A stretch of 30,995 bases of DNA from positions 1 through 30,995 of the forward strand of contig JACQGS010000041.1 in the NCBI GenBank assembly GCA_016199405.1, given 5' to 3'. The notes beneath the pieces are model-generated. The model was not told where the DNA came from and searched no databases. It saw only the letters and a list, made by a program, of their open reading frames with translations. Positions 1-6,770 of this stretch are shown here, piece by piece (the stretch's first letter is position 1; every line of letters begins with the position of its first letter). Position numbers and translations under genes: made by a program. Source of the stretch: Chloroflexota bacterium. Its GTDB lineage: Bacteria > Chloroflexota > Anaerolineae > UBA4142.

Positions 1-368
1 CCCAAGAGCCGCGCTTGCGTATTGCTTCCCAAATTCGCCAACTGCACAAAGCCATCCACTTGCGGCGCAACGCCGACCAGATCGGGCAGCGAGCGCAAGG
101 CGTCGGCGTCTTCCAGCGTCAGCGTTGCGGCCGCGCCTTCCGCCGTGCGAACGCCATCCTGGCGCACCGCGCCGGGGCGAATGAACAGCAAATTTGTGCC
201 GATGCTTTGAATCTGCGCGGTAATCGCGGCTTGCGCGCCGCGTCCAATGCTGAGCATCGCGATCACCAACATCACGCCGATGATAATGCCGAGCATCGTC
301 AAAATCGCACGTAATTTGTTCGCGGCGAGACTACGCAGCGCGATGCGAATACTTTCGGTAACGGTCAT
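1..368 (-). CDS. MacB/FtsX-family ABC transporter permease, N-terminal part (runs off the window edge)
   Basis: Not in the ORF track. Manual translation from ATG at 368: MTVTESIRIALRSLAANKLRAILTMLGIIIGVMLVIAMLSIGRGAQAAITAQIQSIGTNLLFIRPG, the typical MacB N-terminus. GAGG SD upstream; lies downstream of the ABC ATPase. Confidence 0.9.
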   Translation of the reverse strand, partial: MTVTESIRIALRSLAANKLRAILTMLGIIIGVMLVIAMLSIGRGAQAAITAQIQSIGTNLLFIRPGAVRQDGVRTAEGAAATLTLEDADALRSLPDLVGVAPQVDGFVQLANLGSNTQARLL

Positions 369-399
369 TGGAAACCTCAGCCGTAACCGTTCAGCCCTG

Positions 400-489
400 T
401 GTCATTGCGAGCGCACTCTGCGAAGCAATCTCCAAAGTCCTTTTGGAGCTTGGGGATTGCTTCGGGCAAACTTCGCCCTCGCAATGACA
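400..489. repeat. Palindromic element, GTCATTGCGAG family, copy 1
   Basis: 12-bp perfect IR TGTCATTGCGAG (400-411)/CTCGCAATGACA (478-489); inner IR CGAAGCAATC (421-430)/GATTGCTTCG (455-464); second copy at 13066. Confidence 0.9.
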
Positions 490-499
490 AGGTGAACAA

Positions 500-1171
500 T
501 TACGAAAAAACAATCAACCCATCGCCAATTCGGATCGTTCGTTGCCCGAGCGCCGCGACGTTCGCATCGTGCGTTACCAGAACAACGGTCATGCCCTTCT
601 CCCGGTTCAGCCGCTTGAAAATTCCCATAATCTCTGCGCCAGACTTGCTGTCTAAATTCCCAGTCGGCTCGTCGGCGAGGATGATGGCGGGATTATTGAC
701 CAGCGCGCGCGCAATCGCGACGCGTTGTTGTTGTCCGCCGGACAGTTCGTTGGGACGATGGTGCACGCGATCTTTCAACCCCACGGCATCCAACGCCGCG
801 AGCGCGCGCTCCCGGCGATCCTTCGCGCCGGCGTACACCATCGGCAATTCTACATTGTCCAACGCCGGCGTGCGCGCGAGCAGATTGAACGTTTGGAAGA
901 CAAAGCCGATTTTCTTGTTGCGAATTGCGGCGAGTTCGTCGTCTTTCATCGCGGACACCTGCACGCCGTCTAAAAAATATTCGCCGGTCGTCGGGGTATC
1001 CAAACAGCCGATAATATTCATCAGCGTCGATTTGCCGGAGCCGGAGGGTCCCGTAATTGCGACCATTTCGCCGGAGTTGATGGTCACCGAGACGCCGCCC
1101 AACGCCGGCACATCCACGTCACCCATGCGGTAAATTTTCGTTACATTTCGAATGTCAATAACAGCTGCCAT
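500..1171 (-). CDS. ABC transporter ATP-binding protein, LolD/MacB/YknY-like
   Basis: Walker A GPSGSGKS, signature LSGGQQQRV, Walker [16 protein letters not shown] at 1171 lies 1 nt after the upstream stop and is preferred to the track's TTG at 1183. Confidence 0.95.
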   Translation of the reverse strand: MAAVIDIRNVTKIYRMGDVDVPALGGVSVTINSGEMVAITGPSGSGKSTLMNIIGCLDTPTTGEYFLDGVQVSAMKDDELAAIRNKKIGFVFQTFNLLARTPALDNVELPMVYAGAKDRRERALAALDAVGLKDRVHHRPNELSGGQQQRVAIARALVNNPAIILADEPTGNLDSKSGAEIMGIFKRLNREKGMTVVLVTHDANVAALGQRTIRIGDGLIVFS

Positions 1172-1172
1172 T

Positions 1173-2420
1173 TTATCTTCCAAAGAATTGAGCGCCGCCG
1201 GGCACGCCGGGCACGTTGCCGCTGCGCGTCGTGGTTTGCTGAATCAGCACGACATCGCCTTCATTCAAACCATTTGTCACTTCGACGAATTGATCGTTCG
1301 TCAAGCCCGTGCCAATCGGCGTGCTGATTTGCTCGCCTTTGAAAAGCACGGTAACGGTTTTCTGATTGCCGGTCGTCCGTACCGCGCGATTGGGAATCAG
1401 CAATACATTGTCGCGGCGTTCGACCGCGATCGCCATGTTCGCCGTCATTCCCGGTTTGATGGAGCCGTCCACATTTTGCACGACGAGCGTCACCGGATAA
1501 TTCACGACGCCTTGCGTGACGGTGCCAATCGGCGCGACCGATTGGACTTGCGCGCTGTACGTTTTGCCGGTCAACGCGTCCAAGGTCATCTGCGCGGTTT
1601 GCCCCGCTTTGACCTTCGCAATATCCACTTCCGAGAGAGTGACTTTGACCTGCAAGGTTGCGAGGTCCACCAGCGTGAGCGCAACGCCCGACCCAACCGA
1701 ATCGCTCACGTTGAAATTCACCGCGGAGACAACGCCGTCAAATGGCGCGACGATGCGCGCCTTTTCGATATTTCGCTGCGCTTGATCGACGCTCACTTGC
1801 GCTTGGTCCAATTGCACTTGGGCCGAGCGCAACGCGCTGTCGTTGATCGTCGAAGCGACTTGGCTGAAACTCGCCAGCGCGGATTGATAATCAATCGTCG
1901 CGGTTTGCAGTGCTTGGGCTTGCGTCGTCATTCCGATGTCGCCGCGCCAAGAAATCGCGTTGTAATCGCCCTGCGCTTTTTGTAATGCGATGGTCGCCTT
2001 GTCCAATCCTGCTCTTGCGACAATCAATTGGTTGGGGTTCTGGGCAACTTTGGTTTTGGCGGTCTCATAGCTCACTTGTGCGCTCGTCAGATTCGCCTGA
2101 GTGTTCTTGAGCGCGAGTTGCAAATCTACTAAATCCAATTCCATCAAGACCTGTCCGCTCTTGACCGTGTCACCGACTTGAACATTCACTTTGGCGACTC
2201 GCCCGGATTGCTGGAACGCCAGCGATGCGGTCTTCGGCGCGGAGACGTTGCCGGCGGCGCTCACCGTCGCGACGAGTGTGCCGCGCGTGACGGAGGCGTC
2301 TTGCGCGCGCACGGTCGTTGCCGCGCTGGTGACTGTGCTGGAGGGTCGTGTGAGAAAAAAAACGGCGACGAGCAGCGCGGCGACTCCGACTCCGCCCATG
2401 ATGTAATGCTGACGTTTCAT
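1173..2420 (-). CDS. Efflux periplasmic adaptor / membrane fusion protein (HlyD/MacA/YknX-like)
   Basis: N-terminal TM anchor, lipoyl half-motifs ([21 protein letters not shown]; APFDGVV), long alpha-hairpin, IKPGMTA motif. Confidence 0.92.
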   Translation of the reverse strand: MKRQHYIMGGVGVAALLVAVFFLTRPSSTVTSAATTVRAQDASVTRGTLVATVSAAGNVSAPKTASLAFQQSGRVAKVNVQVGDTVKSGQVLMELDLVDLQLALKNTQANLTSAQVSYETAKTKVAQNPNQLIVARAGLDKATIALQKAQGDYNAISWRGDIGMTTQAQALQTATIDYQSALASFSQVASTINDSALRSAQVQLDQAQVSVDQAQRNIEKARIVAPFDGVVSAVNFNVSDSVGSGVALTLVDLATLQVKVTLSEVDIAKVKAGQTAQMTLDALTGKTYSAQVQSVAPIGTVTQGVVNYPVTLVVQNVDGSIKPGMTANMAIAVERRDNVLLIPNRAVRTTGNQKTVTVLFKGEQISTPIGTGLTNDQFVEVTNGLNEGDVVLIQQTTTRSGNVPGVPGGAQFFGR

Positions 2421-2465
2421 GAAATCCTCCTATCGCGGACCAGCCGAAATCAAACAGGACATGAC

Positions 2466-2521
2466 CCACCAAGCACACGAAGGAACACTAAATTATTTCG
2501 AGATCTTCGTGTCCTTCGTGG
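2466..2521. repeat. Palindromic element built from ~9-nt units (CACGAAG family)
   Basis: Left arm CCACCAAGC-ACACGAAGG-AACACTAAA, right arm CTTCGTGTCCTTCGTGG; a similar arm occurs at 28894-28918. Confidence 0.75.
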
Positions 2522-2541
2522 ACAAAATTTTATCGCGCGAT

Positions 2542-3195
2542 TCACTCGGCGGCGACACCTTGTAGTTTCGGCTGGAAGATTGCCAGCACAGTATCGCGCG
2601 GAGGTCGCGATGACTTCGGGCGAGCGTGCTGGTTCAGCAAGGCGCGTAACTGTATCTTGGCGCGGCGCAAATGCGTGCGCACAGTGTTCAATGGAATTTC
2701 CAAGGTCGCCGCGATTTCCTCGTACGAAAATTCTTCAAGATAACGCAAGACGATCACGGTCTTATAATGCGACGGCAGTTGCGCGACTGCCGCGCTGACT
2801 TCGCGCGCCAGCGCTTGCTTTTCAAGTTGTTCCCACGGCGGCAGCGCGTGATCGGGAATCGATTCGCTGGCGTCGTCAGCGTCTTCAGTGGCGCGGCGCG
2901 CCGCGTCGAGATCGGAAAAGAGCATCGGACGCTTTTTGCGTCCGTGATCGTAGCATAGATTGATGGCGATCCGAAAGAGATACGGCTTGAAGGGCCGCTC
3001 AAGATCAATTTGATCCAGCGCGTGGATGACGCGGATAAAAGTTTCTTGCGCGATGTTTTCGGCTTCCATCGCATCGCCCACCCAGCGCATCGAGGCGCGA
3101 TGAATCGCTGGAGTATAGCGTTCGACCAGTGTGCGGAAGGCGTCCGAGTTGCCGGCTTTGAATTGCCGGAGCAAATCGGTATCGGCGTTAAGCAT
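2542..3195 (-). CDS. ECF RNA polymerase sigma factor (SigW/RpoE-like)
   Basis: Region 2 (AENIAQETFIRV, FKPYLFRIAINLCYD) and region 4 (LRYLEEFSYEEIAATLEIPLNTVRTHLRRAK); ~27-aa C-terminal tail. Confidence 0.93.
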   Translation of the reverse strand: MLNADTDLLRQFKAGNSDAFRTLVERYTPAIHRASMRWVGDAMEAENIAQETFIRVIHALDQIDLERPFKPYLFRIAINLCYDHGRKKRPMLFSDLDAARRATEDADDASESIPDHALPPWEQLEKQALAREVSAAVAQLPSHYKTVIVLRYLEEFSYEEIAATLEIPLNTVRTHLRRAKIQLRALLNQHARPKSSRPPRDTVLAIFQPKLQGVAAE

Positions 3196-3215
3196 AGCGC
3201 GCCTCGCCCCAGATT

Positions 3216-3243
3216 ATTACGATGATAAAAACCTTCAGTTTCA
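3216..3243 (-). promoter_or_regulatory. ECF (SigW-type) promoter TGAAAC-N16-CGTAAT upstream of the sigma gene
   Basis: Minus strand reads TGAAAC tgaaggtttttatcat CGTAAT, ending 20 nt before the ATG; matches the B. subtilis sigma-W consensus TGAAAC-N16-CGTA. Confidence 0.75.
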
Positions 3244-3285
3244 CTCGGGATCCTATTCTAATCGCAATTGGGGCTGACGCCAAAC

Positions 3286-3425
3286 GTCTCGCCGTCACGG
3301 CTTGTGCAAAGTCGTGTTTCAAAATATGGGTGGCAGCCCAGCCGCGCTGGGCGTGAGCAAAACGGCAGCGCGGCTGCCTTCTATCCATCGTGTCAAGCGA
3401 CTTTGCACAAGCCCTGTCTCGCCGT
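3286..3425. mobile_element. MITE-like element with 16-bp terminal IRs, flanked by a 10-bp direct repeat
   Basis: GGCTTGTGCAAAGTCG (3299-3314)/CGACTTTGCACAAGCC (3398-3413) is a perfect IR; GTCTCGCCGT occurs at 3286-3295 and 3416-3425. Confidence 0.65.
3328..3379. repeat. REP-like palindrome, GGGTGGCAGCCCAGCC family, copy 1 (nested in the MITE)
   Basis: GGGTGGCAGCCCAGCCGCGCTGGGCGT...GGCAGCGCGGCTGCC; near-identical copy at 14089-14138. Confidence 0.85.
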
Positions 3426-3514
3426 GCGATCAGATTATTGCACCAGCACATTAGCCACAGATGAAAGGAAACTAAAGAGCAAGCGAAATATCTGGACCGA
3501 ATCGCATCTACCCT

Positions 3515-3545
3515 TTGACCGGGGCTGGACAACTTGTGTTATAAT
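3515..3545 (+). promoter_or_regulatory. Sigma70/SigA promoter with extended -10
   Basis: TTGACC (3515-3520), TG (3537-3538), TATAAT (3540-3545). The spacer is 19 nt, so it probably relies on the extended -10. Confidence 0.7.
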
Positions 3546-3560
3546 CTAGTTGTAATTAGT

Positions 3561-3677
3561 GCACCCCGTTGAGGAACAAGCAAGACGCCCCCACTCTTTA
3601 CGGGGGTCCAACCTGAAATTCCTCAGGCGTCTAGCAATAGTGAGCATAAACTCACTGCCTCAACGGGGTGTTTTTTT
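3561..3677 (+). ncRNA. Structured 5' leader / candidate attenuator or riboswitch of unknown family
   Basis: 13-bp perfect closing stem CACCCCGTTGAGG (3562-3574)/CCTCAACGGGGTG (3658-3670), followed directly by T7 and enclosing several internal helices; lies between the promoter and the CDF ATG. Confidence 0.6.
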
Positions 3678-3699
3678 GCGAGGTCTTTTTTCTAATCCG

Positions 3700-5136
3700 A
3701 TGGCTGACCCTTTATTGCCGAATGCGCAAACGCGCGCGCGCGAAAAAAATCTGGTCGCGGGATCGTCGGTCGGCGCGGCAATCTTTTTGACGCTCATCAA
3801 GATCGTGATCGGAATTGCCACCGGCAGTCTGGGCATTCTTGCCGAAGCTGTGCATTCCGGGCTCGATCTGGTTGCCGCGATCATCACCTGGTTTGCGGTC
3901 TGGGTGAGCGACAAGCCCGCGGATGAGACGCATCCGTACGGACACGGCAAGGTCGAAAACATCAGCGCGCTCGCCGAGACCGCGCTCTTGCTGGTGACGT
4001 GCATTTGGATAATTTCAGAAGCGATCGATCGTTTATTTTTGCACGTCAAACATGTCGATCCGAACGCGTGGGCATTCGCGGTGATGGCGATTTCCATCGC
4101 GATTGATTTTTCGCGTTCACGCGCGCTGAGTCGCATGGCGAAGAAATATTCGAGCCAAGCGCTCGAAGCCGACGCGTTGCATTTCAGCACGGACATCTGG
4201 AGTTCCGCCGTCGTGATTATCGGCTTGGCATTGGTCAAGGTCGGCGAGATCATTGGCGCCGAGTCGATCTTTGTCCGCGCGGATGCGATTGCGGCGTTGG
4301 TCGTCGCGCTGATCGTGATCGGGGTTAGCTTTCGGTTAGGCGCGCGCGCGATCGATGCGCTGTTGGATCGCGCGCCGCGTGGGATAGCGGAGCGAATCGA
4401 GAGCGCGGCGGCGAAAGTGAACGGGGTGCGCGTGGTGAAATCGACGCGCGTGCGCGGCGTGGGCAGTCAGATTTTTGCGGATGTGCACATCGAAATTCCG
4501 CGGCACTTTTCGTTTGAAGAGAGCCATTCCGTCGAGAGCCGCGTCGAAGAGGCGGTGCGCACGATCTCGCCGCACGCGGATGTCGTCGTTCATGCCGATC
4601 CGAGCGCGGATAGTGAAGGCGTGCTGGAAAAAATTCACGCCACCGCCGTGCGCGGACTTTACGCCGTGCACAATATCAGCACACACTGGACGCGGCGCGG
4701 GCTTTGGATCGATTTGGATCTCGAGGTTGATCCAGCGATTTCGTTTGAGCGTGCTCACGAAATGGCGGAAGACCTAGAAACGCAACTCCGCGCCGAACTC
4801 AACACGAATGCGCGCGTAGCAGATGTGAACATTCACATCGAACCGCGCGAGGTGGAGAATCTGCCGGCGATTGAAATTCAACCGAGCGAAACCGCGCGGT
4901 ACGTGGAGCGCATTCGGTCGTTGGGCGCGGAATTTGCGGCGGCGCGGAGCTGCGAAGACATTGCCTTGCAAAATCTTGGTGATGGAATTTACCTTTCGTT
5001 TCACATGCTTATGGATACGGCGCTTTCCGTCGGCGAGGTGCATACGATCGCGGAAGAGATGGAGCGGCGTCTGCGGCTCGAGTTTCCGGAATTGGGGCGC
5101 GTCGTGATCCATACGGAGCCAGCGCAAACGAAATGA
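3700..5136 (+). CDS. Cation diffusion facilitator (CDF) metal transporter with three C-terminal dimerisation domains
   Basis: HSGLD and HFSTD metal-site motifs, HPYGHGKVE motif; three repeats ending VHADP, IHIEP and IHTEP. ATG 3700 is preferred to GTG 3559. Confidence 0.92.
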   Translation: MADPLLPNAQTRAREKNLVAGSSVGAAIFLTLIKIVIGIATGSLGILAEAVHSGLDLVAAIITWFAVWVSDKPADETHPYGHGKVENISALAETALLLVTCIWIISEAIDRLFLHVKHVDPNAWAFAVMAISIAIDFSRSRALSRMAKKYSSQALEADALHFSTDIWSSAVVIIGLALVKVGEIIGAESIFVRADAIAALVVALIVIGVSFRLGARAIDALLDRAPRGIAERIESAAAKVNGVRVVKSTRVRGVGSQIFADVHIEIPRHFSFEESHSVESRVEEAVRTISPHADVVVHADPSADSEGVLEKIHATAVRGLYAVHNISTHWTRRGLWIDLDLEVDPAISFERAHEMAEDLETQLRAELNTNARVADVNIHIEPREVENLPAIEIQPSETARYVERIRSLGAEFAAARSCEDIALQNLGDGIYLSFHMLMDTALSVGEVHTIAEEMERRLRLEFPELGRVVIHTEPAQTK

Positions 5137-6758
5137 CCAACTTTTCCTTTACAACTCGACAAGCCAATCTACAGCGACTTGGGCGCGAGCAATTTGATCT
5201 CCTGATCATCGGCGGCGGCATTACCGGCGTGGGCATTGCGCGCGATGCCGCGCTGCGCGGCTTTTCGGTCGCGTTGATCGACAAAGGCGATTTTGCAAGC
5301 GGCACATCGAGCAAGTCCTCGAAGTTGGTGCACGGCGGTGTGCGCTATTTGGAATTATTTCAATTCGGTTTGGTGTTCGAAGCGAGCCGCGAGCGGCGGA
5401 CGTTGATGCAAATCGCGCCGCATCTGGTGCGCGCGGTGCCGTTCATTTTTCCGGTTTATCGCGATGGACGGTGGCCCGCGTGGTTGATTGATCTCGGTTT
5501 GTGGACGTACGATGCGCTCGCGCTTTTCCGTAACGCCGGGCGACATCACATGCTCTCGCGCGCGGCGGTCGCAGAAAAAACGCGCGGGATCGACATCGGC
5601 AACATCACGCGCGGCGCGTACTATTTCGACGCGCAAGTCGACGATGCCCGCCTCACACTGGAGACCATTCGCGCGGCGCATCGCGCCGGCGCGGTGGCGG
5701 CAAATTACGTTCAAGTGGATGCGTTGGCGAAAGCCGACGCGCGCGTAGTTGGCGCCGACGCGCACGATATGCTGACCGGCGAAAAAATCTCGATCCGCGC
5801 GCGCGTCGTCGTCAACGCGACCGGCGTGTGGTCCGACGGACTCGCGCAAATGGACGATCCGCGCGCGCGGCGTCGTTTGCGTCCCACGAAGGGCGCGCAT
5901 ATTTTTGTTGCGCGCGAACGCATCGGCACGGAAAACGCGGCGACGTTCCCATCGTTTCAAGATAAACGGATCATGTTCTTGATCCCGTGGGGCAAATTTA
6001 CAATCATCGGCACGACCGAATCGGATTTTGATGGCGATTACGATCGCGTCTATGCGGATGCGCGCGATGTCGCCTACATTCTCGCGGCGGCGAATCACGC
6101 GTTCCCGCTCGCAAAACTTTTCAGAGCGGATGTCATTAGTGCTTATGCCGGCTTGCGCCCTTTGGTCAACGAAGGCGGCAAAAATGCGACGCAGACCTCG
6201 CGCGAGCATTTGATTTGGGTGAGCGAATCTGGTTTGATTACAATCGCCGGCGGCAAGTTGACGACGTATCGCGCGATGGCGGAGCAGTTGGTGAATCGCG
6301 TCGCGAAAATATTGCGCGACGAGTTCAATGTTGTAGCGAAGCAAAAATGCGCGACCGCGCGTTTGCCGCTCGTTGCGTCTGACAGCGCGCTGGAATTTGC
6401 GCGCGACGGTCTTGGTGAAGATGTCGCGGCGCATCTCGCGCGCGCGTACGGCGCGAATGCCGCGCGCGTTGCCGCCCTCGCGCATGCTGATGGGCGCGCG
6501 GCGCGGCGAATTGCAGAAGCATTACCGTACCTGTGGGCAGAGGTGGATTACGCGATGGAGAACGAGATGCCGGCGACGCTCGTGGATTTTCTCGCGCGAC
6601 GCACGCATATTATGAACGAAGATGGTGATAATGGCATCGAGGTCGCACCGCAAGTTGCCGCGCGCATGGCGGCGCGCTTGGATTGGGATCGCGCGCGCAT
6701 CGAAAAGGAATTGCGCGCATATCAGGATCAAGTTAGTCTAGCGCGGAAATTTATGTAG
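5133..6758 (+). CDS. glpD: FAD-dependent glycerol-3-phosphate dehydrogenase
   Basis: IIGGGITGVGIA FAD motif, GTSSKSSKLVHGGVRYL, VISAYAGLRPL, IAGGKLTTYR; ATGA overlap with the CDF gene. Confidence 0.92.
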   Translation: MTNFSFTTRQANLQRLGREQFDLLIIGGGITGVGIARDAALRGFSVALIDKGDFASGTSSKSSKLVHGGVRYLELFQFGLVFEASRERRTLMQIAPHLVRAVPFIFPVYRDGRWPAWLIDLGLWTYDALALFRNAGRHHMLSRAAVAEKTRGIDIGNITRGAYYFDAQVDDARLTLETIRAAHRAGAVAANYVQVDALAKADARVVGADAHDMLTGEKISIRARVVVNATGVWSDGLAQMDDPRARRRLRPTKGAHIFVARERIGTENAATFPSFQDKRIMFLIPWGKFTIIGTTESDFDGDYDRVYADARDVAYILAAANHAFPLAKLFRADVISAYAGLRPLVNEGGKNATQTSREHLIWVSESGLITIAGGKLTTYRAMAEQLVNRVAKILRDEFNVVAKQKCATARLPLVASDSALEFARDGLGEDVAAHLARAYGANAARVAALAHADGRAARRIAEALPYLWAEVDYAMENEMPATLVDFLARRTHIMNEDGDNGIEVAPQVAARMAARLDWDRARIEKELRAYQDQVSLARKFM

Positions 6759-6770
6759 TAGTCACTCACG

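Noticed and set aside
399-1985. Long plus-strand ORFs 399-1133 and 1152-1985; similar shadow ORFs at 3660-4253, 5355-6485, 9962-10639, 10892-11713, 12080-12889, 14053-14823 and 25215-26228
   Set aside because: They are antisense or alternate-frame shadows of well-supported genes in high-GC DNA, with no recognisable motifs.
2355-2362. A8 tracts at 2355-2362 and 15733-15740 as phase-variation sites
   Set aside because: Both are in-frame Phe-Phe codons in hydrophobic N-termini of intact genes; there is no evidence of slippage.
3561-3677. Assigning the leader to the NiCo (czcD), yybP-ykoY, M-box or SRP families
   Set aside because: Only short coincidental words match (GCAATAG, AAGACGCC); the defining conserved cores are absent.
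3559-3699. 47-codon in-frame N-terminal extension of the CDF from GTG 3559
   Set aside because: It translates the structured leader and T-tracts, has no SD and no CDF-like features. A leader-peptide role cannot be fully excluded.
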